A DNA stretch of 45,405 nt from Candidatus Parcubacteria bacterium (lineage in GTDB: Bacteria > Patescibacteriota > Minisyncoccia > Phycocordibacterales > UBA2100). Below, piece by piece: positions 1 through 8,319 of this stretch. The first letter of the stretch is position 1, and every line of letters starts with the position of its first letter. Below the pieces are notes generated by a model. It made no database searches. It saw nothing but the letters and a program-made list of their open reading frames with translations, and was not told where the DNA came from. Location: NCBI GenBank assembly GCA_039798465.1, contig JBDKGA010000038.1, positions 1 to 45,405 on the forward strand, written 5' to 3'. A program made the translations under genes and the position numbers.

Positions 1-28
1 GGCGCGCCTACGGCGCGCCCGTTTTTTA
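1..28 (+). terminator. Intrinsic terminator for an upstream off-window + strand gene
   Basis: GGCGCGCC (1-8) and GGCGCGCC (12-19) are self-complementary, giving an 8-bp GC stem with a 3-nt loop. A T6 run follows at 22-27. Confidence 0.6.
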
Positions 29-101
29 TTTCACCACTCCCCAGAGCAGAGATGCGGTGTGCTCGGCGAGGGGCTCTGCTTCTTTTTTCCCCACCCCAAG
101 A

Positions 102-202
102 GCGATAACAGTGGTCATGCAGGCCTGCTCGCAGCGCGACGGCGCGCGAGGAGCGCGTCGACAGCAGTCGACGACGCGTGCCTGCATGACCACTGTTATC
201 GC
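102..202 (+). repeat. Compound inverted-repeat element A (23-bp perfect arms, structured 55-nt interior)
   Basis: 102-124 (gcgataacagtggtcatgcaggc) is the exact reverse complement of 180-202. The interior has a cgcg/cgcg mini-hairpin (135-146), GAGGAG (148-153) and a cgtcga/tcgacg hairpin (156-173). Confidence 0.8.
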
Positions 203-204
203 GA

Positions 205-213
205 TGTTATACT
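205..213 (+). promoter_or_regulatory. Extended -10 promoter element (TGtTATACT) 6 nt upstream of ATG 220
   Basis: TG at 205-206 and TATACT at 208-213. The same -10-to-ATG spacing recurs at many genes in this window. Confidence 0.5.
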
Positions 214-219
214 TTCCCC

Positions 220-1593
220 ATGTCTCACGGAGGACACGGACCAATACACCCCTGGCTCGATTTGCACGGGTGGGTAGAGTGGATACAGGGATGGAATATC
301 CCGCGTCCCTTATTTCTCACCAGTATTTTTGTTGGTGAACTTTTTGTACTCGCAGAACTCATACCCAATCTTGCTACGTTTGTATTTTGGTGGGCCGTAG
401 GCACGGCACCCATTTGGCTTCCCGCGGCCCTCTTTCGAAGCGGCTGGCATGCGTGGATAGAATATATTCGCGAAGAATATATTGCCGGCAATGAATCAGT
501 CTTGCTCGAAGTAAAGATCCCGCGCGACATCATGAAATCGCCGCGCGCGATGGAGCTCGTGTTCAATGCGTTTTATACAAAATCCGGCGAAACCACTGCA
601 ATAGACCGCGCATGGCACGGCTCAGTGCGTCCGTGGATATCGTGGGAGCTCGTGAGTATTGGGGGAGAGATACATTTTTATACCTGGTGCTGGAAACGCT
701 ACCGTCGCTCGGTAGAAACAGCCATCTATGCACAGTATCCAGAAGTGGAGATTGTTGAAGCGGATGATTATTCGATGCGCTTTGTGTACGATGCCGACAA
801 GCATTTTGTGTTTTGCACCGACTACATTTACGACCCTCACGGCGATGAATATCCGATAAAGAGCTACATCGATTTTGAACTCGACAAAGACCCAAAAGAA
901 GAATTCAAAGTCGATCCGTTTGCCAACGTACTTGAAGTGCTCGGGAGCCTCAAGGCAAACGAACAGGCCTGGATACAAATAAATGTTCGTACCGAAGAAA
1001 AAGCAACCGGACACAACGCACTCAATCCAAAATCCAGCACATGGAAAAAACGTGTCGAACAGGAGGTAAACAAAATCCGTCGCGACGCATCAGTGGCTGT
1101 CGGCAAAGAAGAAGCCGACGAGCATGATCCCGACAAGTACGGCACCTTCCCACGCCCTACCTGGAAGCAGACGCGCCAAATAGAAACCATGGAGCGTCAC
1201 TTGGGCAAAATTCCCTTTGAGGTAGGGATGCGCGCGCTCTACATTTCCGAAGGCCCACCACACGGCCCTACCTACACCAACATACGCTGGATTTGGAAAC
1301 CGTTTAACAGCCCTGCGTATTTCAATCAACTTCGTCCGCGCCGCGCACACAACGATTTCGACTACCCCTGGCATGATGTGGGCGGCATACGCTGGCGCTG
1401 GGTGGTGAGGTATTATCTCGATGCATATCGCACCCGCGCGTTTTTCTACACACCATATGGGGAGCACGGCATTGTGATGACCCCCGAAACACTGGCAAGC
1501 ATCTATCACTATCCGAGTCGTGCCATTACCGCTCCAGGCTTGCAACGCATCCCTGCCAAGAAAACAGAACCGCCCGCTAATCTTCCTCGATAA
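220..1593 (+). CDS. Hypothetical membrane-anchored protein (two N-terminal TM helices, large Trp/Tyr/Arg-rich soluble domain)
   Basis: 457-aa ORF. Hydrophobic stretch LFLTSIFVGELFVLAELIPNLATFVFWWAVGTAPIWLPAALF. The start fits the leaderless -10 spacing. No family recognised. Confidence 0.75.
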   Translation: MSHGGHGPIHPWLDLHGWVEWIQGWNIPRPLFLTSIFVGELFVLAELIPNLATFVFWWAVGTAPIWLPAALFRSGWHAWIEYIREEYIAGNESVLLEVKIPRDIMKSPRAMELVFNAFYTKSGETTAIDRAWHGSVRPWISWELVSIGGEIHFYTWCWKRYRRSVETAIYAQYPEVEIVEADDYSMRFVYDADKHFVFCTDYIYDPHGDEYPIKSYIDFELDKDPKEEFKVDPFANVLEVLGSLKANEQAWIQINVRTEEKATGHNALNPKSSTWKKRVEQEVNKIRRDASVAVGKEEADEHDPDKYGTFPRPTWKQTRQIETMERHLGKIPFEVGMRALYISEGPPHGPTYTNIRWIWKPFNSPAYFNQLRPRRAHNDFDYPWHDVGGIRWRWVVRYYLDAYRTRAFFYTPYGEHGIVMTPETLASIYHYPSRAITAPGLQRIPAKKTEPPANLPR

Positions 1594-1595
1594 GT

Positions 1596-2633
1596 ATGTT
1601 GAAATGGCTCATTACAAAACTCCAAGGAGTGTTTGACGACTTTGACGATGCGCAGGCTGACTTGTCTGAGCACTGGCGTCCTCATTCAAATCGCCGCACC
1701 ATTGGTATCCTCGTCATTGCGGGAGTGCTCGCGGCAACAATCTACACCCAAGCAATTCAACCTCCCGAAGAATTTCCTGTGCGCGAACTCGTTACGGTAC
1801 CTGAAGGGTCCACACTTTCCGAAGTAGCTCTCTCGCTTGCCGAGCAACACGTAATTCGCTCTCCGCAGGCATTTGAATTATCGATGCGCATCCTGGGCCG
1901 TGCACGAGACGCAAAAGCGGGTGACTATATATTCAAGGAGCCGCAGAGCGTATGGGCTATCGCGCGACGTGTTTCGACAGGTGCATTTGGACTTGAGCCG
2001 GTGCGCATTCGCATCGCCGAGGGGGCGACCACGCGCGAGATGGCCGAACAGTTGAGCAAGGCGCTCCCGCGATTCAATGCCGATGCATTCTTGCTCGCCG
2101 CACGGCCACAAGAAGGCTACCTCTTTCCCGACACCTACTTCTTTTTGCCCAACGCTCACGAAGACGCCGTACTTGAAACATTGCGCCAAAATTTCGACGC
2201 GCACCTCGTCGAACTACAGCCGCTCATAGATGCCTCAGGGCACTCGCTCGAAGAAATTATTACTATGGCCTCCATCATCGAACGCGAGGCGCGCATCCCC
2301 GCCGATCGCCGCATGATTTCCGGTGCATTGTGGAATCGTATCCGCATCAACATGCCACTCCAGGTAGACGTCACCTTTCTCTACACCGTGGGTAAAAATA
2401 CATTCCAACTCACGCTCGCTGATTTGCGCACCGATCACCCATACAACACCTACGTAAACAAAGGTCTCCCGCCGGGACCAATCGGCAGCCCTTCACTGGA
2501 TTCAATCAAGGCGGCAGCAGAGCCAACCCCGAGCGAGTACCTGTTTTATCTCGCCGACAACACGGGCGTCACACACTTCTCAAAAACATACGAAGAACAC
2601 TTGCGCAAAAAGCGCTTGTATCTCGGGACTTGA
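1596..2633 (+). CDS. mltG: Endolytic murein transglycosylase MltG (YceG-like)
   Basis: N-terminal TM helix. YceG hallmarks: EGYLFPDTYFF, ASIIEREA, YNTYVNKGLPPGPIGSPS, YLFYLADNTGVTHFSKTYEEH. Confidence 0.9.
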   Translation: MLKWLITKLQGVFDDFDDAQADLSEHWRPHSNRRTIGILVIAGVLAATIYTQAIQPPEEFPVRELVTVPEGSTLSEVALSLAEQHVIRSPQAFELSMRILGRARDAKAGDYIFKEPQSVWAIARRVSTGAFGLEPVRIRIAEGATTREMAEQLSKALPRFNADAFLLAARPQEGYLFPDTYFFLPNAHEDAVLETLRQNFDAHLVELQPLIDASGHSLEEIITMASIIEREARIPADRRMISGALWNRIRINMPLQVDVTFLYTVGKNTFQLTLADLRTDHPYNTYVNKGLPPGPIGSPSLDSIKAAAEPTPSEYLFYLADNTGVTHFSKTYEEHLRKKRLYLGT

Positions 2634-2664
2634 TTCTCGCGCAGTAATACGCCAAGCTGCAGAG

Positions 2665-3723
2665 ATGGTACGTGTATTTGTTGGTCTCTCCGGCGGCGTG
2701 GATAGCGCCGTGTCTGCTGCGCTCCTCAAAGAACAGGGGCACGACGTGGTGGGCGCATTCATCAAGATATGGAATCCTGATTTTTTGGAATGCTCATGGA
2801 AAGAAGACCGACTCGACGCTATGCGTGTGTGTGTGCATTTGGGCATACCGTTTACCGAGATAGACCTCTCGCAAGAATATATGCGCGAGGTGGTGGGGAA
2901 TATGATAGATGCATATCGTGCAGGTATTACCCCAAATCCCGACGTGCTTTGCAATCGCACGATAAAATTTGGTGCATTCAAAAAGTGGGCTCTCGCCGAG
3001 GGCGCTGACATGGTTGCGACAGGTCACTATGCTCGTATTGGCGTAAAAGAGGCGGGAGAAAATAAGTATGCACTCCTTCGCGCGATAGACACAACAAAAG
3101 ACCAGTCGTATTTTTTGTACCGCTTATCACAAGACGATTTGCGTATCGCACAATTTCCCATCGGCCATCTGCACAAAAAAGAGGTGCGTGCGCTAGCCGA
3201 CAAACTCCAGCTCCCCGTCTCAAAAAAACCCGATAGCCAAGGTCTCTGTTTTGCGGGCGATATTTCAATACCCGAATTTCTTGCGCGCTATATCACGCTT
3301 GAGAAAGGCGCCGTGCTCGACACGCACGGCACAATAATAGGGGAGCACGACGGCGCCGCACTGTATACACGCGGACAGCGCCACGGATTTCGGACACACA
3401 ACAATACTCCACACTATGTGGTCTCCGCAGACATACACACCAACACCCTCACTGTATCTCCCGACAAATCAGATACACTGAGCCACTCTGCGACACTGTC
3501 TGATGTGCATTGGATAGGAGACGCAGCGCGAGAAGGAGAACTGCTCGATGTACAGTCTCGGTATCACGCACCGGTGGCACGCGCAACACTTTCTCGCGAG
3601 GGATCTATCTGGCGCGCACATATTGCTGTTCCCGAACTTCTTTCGCCCGGGCAATCACTGGTGCTATATCGCGGAGATGAATGCGTGGGTGGCGGCATCG
3701 TGGACAACACTCGTCGTGAGTAG
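2665..3723 (+). CDS. mnmA: tRNA-specific 2-thiouridylase MnmA
   Basis: PP-loop VGLSGGVDSAV, plus NPDVLCNRTIKFGAF, ATGHYAR and KDQSYFLY. Confidence 0.93.
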   Translation: MVRVFVGLSGGVDSAVSAALLKEQGHDVVGAFIKIWNPDFLECSWKEDRLDAMRVCVHLGIPFTEIDLSQEYMREVVGNMIDAYRAGITPNPDVLCNRTIKFGAFKKWALAEGADMVATGHYARIGVKEAGENKYALLRAIDTTKDQSYFLYRLSQDDLRIAQFPIGHLHKKEVRALADKLQLPVSKKPDSQGLCFAGDISIPEFLARYITLEKGAVLDTHGTIIGEHDGAALYTRGQRHGFRTHNNTPHYVVSADIHTNTLTVSPDKSDTLSHSATLSDVHWIGDAAREGELLDVQSRYHAPVARATLSREGSIWRAHIAVPELLSPGQSLVLYRGDECVGGGIVDNTRRE

Positions 3724-3740
3724 TGTTACACTTAGGTGCG

Positions 3741-4562
3741 ATGACGCACATACTCATCACTAAAGCCGACGGTGAACAAGAAGCATTTGATCCGGCAAAG
3801 CTCGAACATTCGCTCCAGCTTGCTGGCGCATCGTCTACTATTCGCGCACGCGTACTCGCACACGTCCTCAAAGAACTCAAGAGCGGTATGCGCACCGAAG
3901 ATATCTATCACCGCGCGTACGAGCTCTTGCGCACACAAGAAGATACGCCGGTTGCGGCACGCTATTCCACAAAGCGCGCGATATTTGCTCTCGGTCCTTC
4001 GGGTTTTCCATTTGAACAATTTTTGGCAGAGGTATTTCGTGCACACGGCTGGCATACACGCACGGGCGTCGCACTCACTGGCCGCTGCGCACCGCACGAG
4101 GTAGACGTGCTCGCCGAAAAGGGTGGGAAGCGCATCGGTATGGAAGCAAAATTTCACAACGAGCCGAGCGGCAAGACCGACATCAAAGACGCACTCTACG
4201 TACATGCCCGCTACGAAGACCTCCGCAAAGCGCCCGAAAAATCTTCGCGTGTCGATGAAGGCTGGCTCGTCACGAACACGGTGTTCACGCGCAATGCGAT
4301 TCGCTACGCCCAGTGTTCGGGCTTGCGCTTGCTCGGCTGGGATTATCCACGCTCGCGCGGACTCCTCAGCATGATAGAAGAAGCAAAAGTGCATCCGCTT
4401 ACCTGTCTCACGACACTCTCAGAAGCCGAGAAGCACCGTTTTCTCGACAAAAAAATAGTACTGTGTCGCGACATGCGCCCACACCTGTTGCAGGAATACG
4501 GTATTCGACCCGATAAGGTATCCAAAGTACAAGAAGAAGCGCAGCGCTTGTGCGGCATCTAA
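3741..4562 (+). CDS. ATP-cone domain protein fused to a Mrr-like PD-(D/E)xK restriction-endonuclease-fold domain
   Basis: N-terminus ITKADGEQEAFDPAKLEHSL is ATP-cone-like. C-terminus HEVDVLAEKGGKRIGMEAKF fits D...ExK. ATG 3741 is preferred; GTG 3723 is the alternative. Confidence 0.75.
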   Translation: MTHILITKADGEQEAFDPAKLEHSLQLAGASSTIRARVLAHVLKELKSGMRTEDIYHRAYELLRTQEDTPVAARYSTKRAIFALGPSGFPFEQFLAEVFRAHGWHTRTGVALTGRCAPHEVDVLAEKGGKRIGMEAKFHNEPSGKTDIKDALYVHARYEDLRKAPEKSSRVDEGWLVTNTVFTRNAIRYAQCSGLRLLGWDYPRSRGLLSMIEEAKVHPLTCLTTLSEAEKHRFLDKKIVLCRDMRPHLLQEYGIRPDKVSKVQEEAQRLCGI

Positions 4563-4600
4563 GCTCTTTCTATTTTCTACACATCATTTATCATACTCGT

Positions 4601-5098
4601 ATGACTCCCGCTCAATTCATGGACCCTTCGATAGTTATGTTTACTAAGCTCGTCCTGGCACTCTTTTTGGGCGGCATTATTGGTACTGAGCGCGCAGTAA
4701 TCGCGCGCCAAGTAGCAGGGACCCGCACCTTTGGTTTGGTGGCTATGGGTGCATGCTTATTTATTCTTGCAGGGAATTACGTTGATAGCGCATATCTTGG
4801 CATTGTCAATTTCAATCCTTCGGCTGTTGCAGCGGCAGTAGTGCAAGGTATTGGATTTTTGGGTGCCGGCATGATTATCTTCCGCGGCGATACTGTGCAC
4901 GGCATTACCACCGCCGCAGGACTTTGGATTACCGCGGCTATCGGCGTCGCCGTCGGATTTGGTATGTACGACGTGGCCGTTTTTGCAACGCTCCTCACCC
5001 TCGTTATGTTTACCGGCATGTGGTACGTCGAGAATCGATTCAAACACTGGTTTGACCACGATCAAAACACGCCAGCAGGCCCCGGGCATATACAGTAG
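4601..5098 (+). CDS. MgtC/SapB family membrane protein
   Basis: LGGIIGTERAVIARQVAGTRTFGLVAMGACLF and GIGFLGAGMIIFRGDTVHGITTAAGLWITAAIGVAVGFGMY. ATG 4601 is preferred over ORF-track start 4550, which overlaps the previous gene. Confidence 0.85.
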   Translation: MTPAQFMDPSIVMFTKLVLALFLGGIIGTERAVIARQVAGTRTFGLVAMGACLFILAGNYVDSAYLGIVNFNPSAVAAAVVQGIGFLGAGMIIFRGDTVHGITTAAGLWITAAIGVAVGFGMYDVAVFATLLTLVMFTGMWYVENRFKHWFDHDQNTPAGPGHIQ

Positions 5099-5118
5099 GG
5101 CAATGGTATACTCGGCCC

Positions 5119-5892
5119 ATGAGCCAGTACTACAAACCTGATAGAAACCCAAACTGGAACTACGGGGGCGAACGCTTTCGTCTCTCTCGTAGCAAGATTG
5201 GTCTGTATACCGAGTGCCCGCGCTGTTTTTATCTCGACAACAAGCTCGGCACAGCGCGCCCGCCGGGTTTTCCTTTTAATCTCAACAGCGCCGTAGACGC
5301 GCTTTTAAAAAAAGAATTCGACATTCATCGCGCACAAGGGAATCCGCATCCGCTCATGAAAGCATATGGTGTTTCGGCGGTGCCATTTGCACACCCGATG
5401 CTCGATGTGTGGCGCGAAAATTTTAAAGGTATCGAGCACCGCCACGAAGCGACGGGGTTTGTGGTGTCGGGTGCAGTAGATGATGTGTGGCGCAACGATG
5501 CTGGCGAGCTCATGATTGTAGATTACAAATCCACGAGCAAGGATGAAAAAATAGAGGCACTCGATCAGGAGTGGCACGATGGTTACAAAAAACAAATGGA
5601 GGTATACCAGTGGCTCTTTCGCCAAAATGGTTTCAAGGTTTCCGATACGGGCTACTTTGTGTATGCCAATGCCAGCAAAGACAAAGAGGCATTTGATGCA
5701 AAGTTAGAGTTTGAGGTGACACTTATTTCGCACACGGGCGATGATTCGTGGGTAGAGCCCACGCTCACCGACATAAAAGCATGCCTCGAGAGCGACGAGC
5801 TCCCAAAGCCCAGCACCGAGTGCGACTACTGCAAATACCGCGAAGCGGCAGGGAAAAAGCTCATGGCATTCGCCAAAAAGAAAACCGCATAG
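5119..5892 (+). CDS. PD-(D/E)XK nuclease family protein (Cas4/RecB-like cysteine pattern)
   Basis: N-terminal CPRCF, core IVDYKS and QMEVYQWL, C-terminal CDYCKY. TGgTATACT (5104-5112) lies 6 nt before the ATG. Confidence 0.7.
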   Translation: MSQYYKPDRNPNWNYGGERFRLSRSKIGLYTECPRCFYLDNKLGTARPPGFPFNLNSAVDALLKKEFDIHRAQGNPHPLMKAYGVSAVPFAHPMLDVWRENFKGIEHRHEATGFVVSGAVDDVWRNDAGELMIVDYKSTSKDEKIEALDQEWHDGYKKQMEVYQWLFRQNGFKVSDTGYFVYANASKDKEAFDAKLEFEVTLISHTGDDSWVEPTLTDIKACLESDELPKPSTECDYCKYREAAGKKLMAFAKKKTA

Positions 5893-5897
5893 AAAAA

Positions 5898-5919
5898 GGC
5901 CGCATCTCGCGATGCGGCC
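5898..5919. terminator. Bidirectional intrinsic terminator
   Basis: ggccgcatc/gatgcggcc 9-bp stem with a 4-nt loop. It is flanked by an A-run upstream and TTT downstream, between convergent genes. Confidence 0.7.
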
Positions 5920-5942
5920 TTTACACAACGAATTTCGAAAAG

Positions 5943-6179
5943 TTACGGCAGGTAATCCTCGGGGTCAAGCATGCACGACTGGACTCCTTCAGAGGGGCCT
6001 TCCTCGCCGTCGAATGCGTCGTCGTTGTAAACAGTAACGACTACGCTGACGGTCGGTAAGGGTTTGGTCTCCCCATAAAAAGCTTTCCAGTTTGCGAGGT
6101 ACAATTCGACGGCTTCCGCAACCGCTTCTTGTACATCCGGATTACCAGCAACTTTTGCCGAATCGCTATGCTTCGCCAT
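5943..6179 (-). CDS. Small acidic hypothetical protein (78 aa)
   Basis: Has its own TTGACA-N18-TGgTAAAAT promoter and a GAGGAG Shine-Dalgarno 6 nt before the ATG. No family recognised. Confidence 0.65.
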   Translation of the reverse strand: MAKHSDSAKVAGNPDVQEAVAEAVELYLANWKAFYGETKPLPTVSVVVTVYNDDAFDGEEGPSEGVQSCMLDPEDYLP

Positions 6180-6222
6180 TCGAGTCTCCTCGTGTTGTGG
6201 CCAGCACTTTTGTGCTGTTTTT

Positions 6223-6252
6223 ATTTTACCACGAAAATTAGTGTTGTGTCAA
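6223..6252 (-). promoter_or_regulatory. Sigma70-type promoter for the 78-aa ORF
   Basis: Minus-strand TTGACA (6247-6252), 18-nt spacer, TGgTAAAAT (-10 at 6223-6228). Confidence 0.7.
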
Positions 6253-6253
6253 T

Positions 6254-7522
6254 CTACCGAATCGCCGCCTTGAGCTTTTCGACATCTGCATGCGGGCCAA
6301 TCACGGCAAGCGCGAGTCTTTCATTTTTGAGAATATTTTTGGCTACGCGCTGTACGTCTTTGGCAGTCACCTTATCTATCGCTTTGAGTGATTCTTCAAG
6401 TGTGCGAATACGCCCCAAGTGAATAAGCGAAGAAGCAGCGTGCTCGGCAATAGAATCAGACGATTCCATCGCAAGGGTGCTGGTGCCCTTCATGTACGAC
6501 TTTACTTTTTTGAGCTCGGTAGCTGGCACCGCCGTGCGTGCAATCTTTTTAAACTCATCGACGATAACTCGTAAGGCCTCCTCAAGCTTGGCGTGCTCCA
6601 CACCCGCCTGCACGGCGAGGTAGCCAGTGTCGGGATATTTATCTACCCACGCGTGCACCGAGTAGGCGAGCCCGCGCTTTTCGCGCACTTCGGTAAAGAG
6701 TCTGCTCGACATGCCGCCGCCGAGAATAGAGGACAAGACCGAGAGTGCGTACTCGTCTTTGTGCCCAAAGGGGTACGCTGGCACGCCTATCATGAGCTGA
6801 GTTTGATCAGTCTTTTTTTCTTTGATGCGCACTCCCGCAGCGGCTTGTATTGTCTCAAATTTTTCAGGGACCGATGGGGCAGTTGCTTTGAGCGCACCAA
6901 ATACTTTGCTTACTTTGGCCAGGACTTTTTTCTGATCAAATGCACCTGCCACACAGACCACTGTGTTGGTCGGGCCATAGTGGCGAGCACGATACTCTTC
7001 GAATTCTTTGCGCGTAAAGCTGCGAATATTTTCTTTGGGGCCCAAAATCGTGCGGCCGAGCGGGTGCTCATCGCCAAAGAGGAGCGCATCAAACACATTG
7101 TCGATGGTGCGCATCGGCATGTCTTCGTACATGTCTATCTCTTGAATCACTGCGCCACGCTCTTTTTCTATTTCCTTGGACGGGAGAGTGGAATTGAGAA
7201 AAATATCCGTTACCACGTCGAGTGCCTTCTCGAGATTTGCGCTCGAGGTTTTGGCCCAGTAGGCGGTGCGGTCTTTGCTGGTGAATGCATTGTACTGGCT
7301 GCCCAAGCCATCGAGCTCTTCGCTAATCGCCTTTGCAGTAGGGCGCTTTTTGGTGCCCTTAAAAAACATGTGCTCGAGAAAATGAGCCAGGCCATTTTCG
7401 CGCGCAGTCTCAAATCGGCTACCGGTGCCGCTCATTACTATTGCAGTCGCTGTCTGCGTCCCTGGCATGGGCGCGAGCACAATGCGGAGGCCGTTTTTAA
7501 GGATGTGGATGTGGTATTTCAT
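6254..7522 (-). CDS. M16 (pitrilysin) family zinc peptidase
   Basis: HFLEHMFFKGT carries the HxxEH motif, and the protein has two-domain M16 length. ATG 7522 (MKYHIHILKNGLRIV) is preferred because TACGAT (7529-7534) lies 6 nt upstream. The ORF track extends to 7621. Confidence 0.88.
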   Translation of the reverse strand: MKYHIHILKNGLRIVLAPMPGTQTATAIVMSGTGSRFETARENGLAHFLEHMFFKGTKKRPTAKAISEELDGLGSQYNAFTSKDRTAYWAKTSSANLEKALDVVTDIFLNSTLPSKEIEKERGAVIQEIDMYEDMPMRTIDNVFDALLFGDEHPLGRTILGPKENIRSFTRKEFEEYRARHYGPTNTVVCVAGAFDQKKVLAKVSKVFGALKATAPSVPEKFETIQAAAGVRIKEKKTDQTQLMIGVPAYPFGHKDEYALSVLSSILGGGMSSRLFTEVREKRGLAYSVHAWVDKYPDTGYLAVQAGVEHAKLEEALRVIVDEFKKIARTAVPATELKKVKSYMKGTSTLAMESSDSIAEHAASSLIHLGRIRTLEESLKAIDKVTAKDVQRVAKNILKNERLALAVIGPHADVEKLKAAIR

Positions 7523-7640
7523 TGGCGCATCGTAACGCGGATACAGGGGTGGGGCAAACATGGGGGAAAGCGGCCATGGAATAGCAAAAAATTTATACAC
7601 ATGATAGCGTGCTGACAGCAACCATAGGAGAGGTGCTCAA

Positions 7641-7892
7641 ATGGCATCGTTTGACAAACGCACTCAGCGCGTAACGCTTGACGGAGTCGAGCTGTTTCGC
7701 TTGGCGACATTCATCTTGAACCATCTATCCGTTCTGGATGACGAACTTCACTCCCTTGAAAGCGAGCTAGACATTGGATACTCGCTGAGCAAGAGAAAAG
7801 CATGGATTACGTTTTCTGAGGTTAATATGACGAACTACAAGCCTCCGCGATTGGAATTTGATATTGAAGACGTATTCCCTGAAGAAGATTGA
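7641..7892 (+). CDS. Small hypothetical protein (83 aa, acidic C-terminus)
   Basis: AGGAGAGG Shine-Dalgarno 7 nt before the ATG, and a terminator follows at 7914-7948. No family recognised. Confidence 0.6.
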   Translation: MASFDKRTQRVTLDGVELFRLATFILNHLSVLDDELHSLESELDIGYSLSKRKAWITFSEVNMTNYKPPRLEFDIEDVFPEED

Positions 7893-7913
7893 GGCACTCT
7901 CACGACGACGAAA

Positions 7914-7948
7914 GGCCTCGCGCACCGCGCGAGGCCTTTTTCTTTTTT
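7914..7948. terminator. Intrinsic terminator shared by convergent small ORFs
   Basis: ggcctcgcg/cgcgaggcc 9-bp stem (7914-7936) followed by TTTTTCTTTTTT. Confidence 0.8.
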
Positions 7949-7953
7949 GTTTT

Positions 7954-8238
7954 TCAGGCATCTTCCTTTTGGAGTTCAGTTTCCAAAAGGCGCATGATTG
8001 CCTTGGCAATCCCTGGCCACTTTTTCTCGGGAGGAAGCTGCTCGCCCTCGGCCCAAAAACTGGTGAGCCATTCGGAAAATCCGATTTCTGCCACGAGTGG
8101 GTGCAAATTGATCCTGCACCCGTCACGCAGACATTTAAATGTGTCTGCGAATTGTCGACTAGTCTTGATGCCGTCAGATTCAAGCATCCCATGTAGGATT
8201 CGCATTGCGATGAATTGCCTTTCCGTATACATCATCAT
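7954..8238 (-). CDS. Small hypothetical protein (94 aa)
   Basis: GAGGTG Shine-Dalgarno 5 nt before a triple ATG (8238/8235/8232). No family recognised. Confidence 0.6.
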   Translation of the reverse strand: MMMYTERQFIAMRILHGMLESDGIKTSRQFADTFKCLRDGCRINLHPLVAEIGFSEWLTSFWAEGEQLPPEKKWPGIAKAIMRLLETELQKEDA

Positions 8239-8319
8239 GTAGACACCTCGTTCCAGATTATTCCTACACGCACCCTACCAGCATTTGTCTTTTCTCGCCA
8301 TACCCGCTACGCTGTAGCC

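Noticed and set aside
26-338. ORFs 26..244 (-), 57..338 (+) and 59..277 (+) across the first intergenic region.
   Set aside because: They read through the 23-bp inverted repeat on both strands and give mirror-image peptides (for example ITVVMQA on both). They are artefacts of the palindrome.
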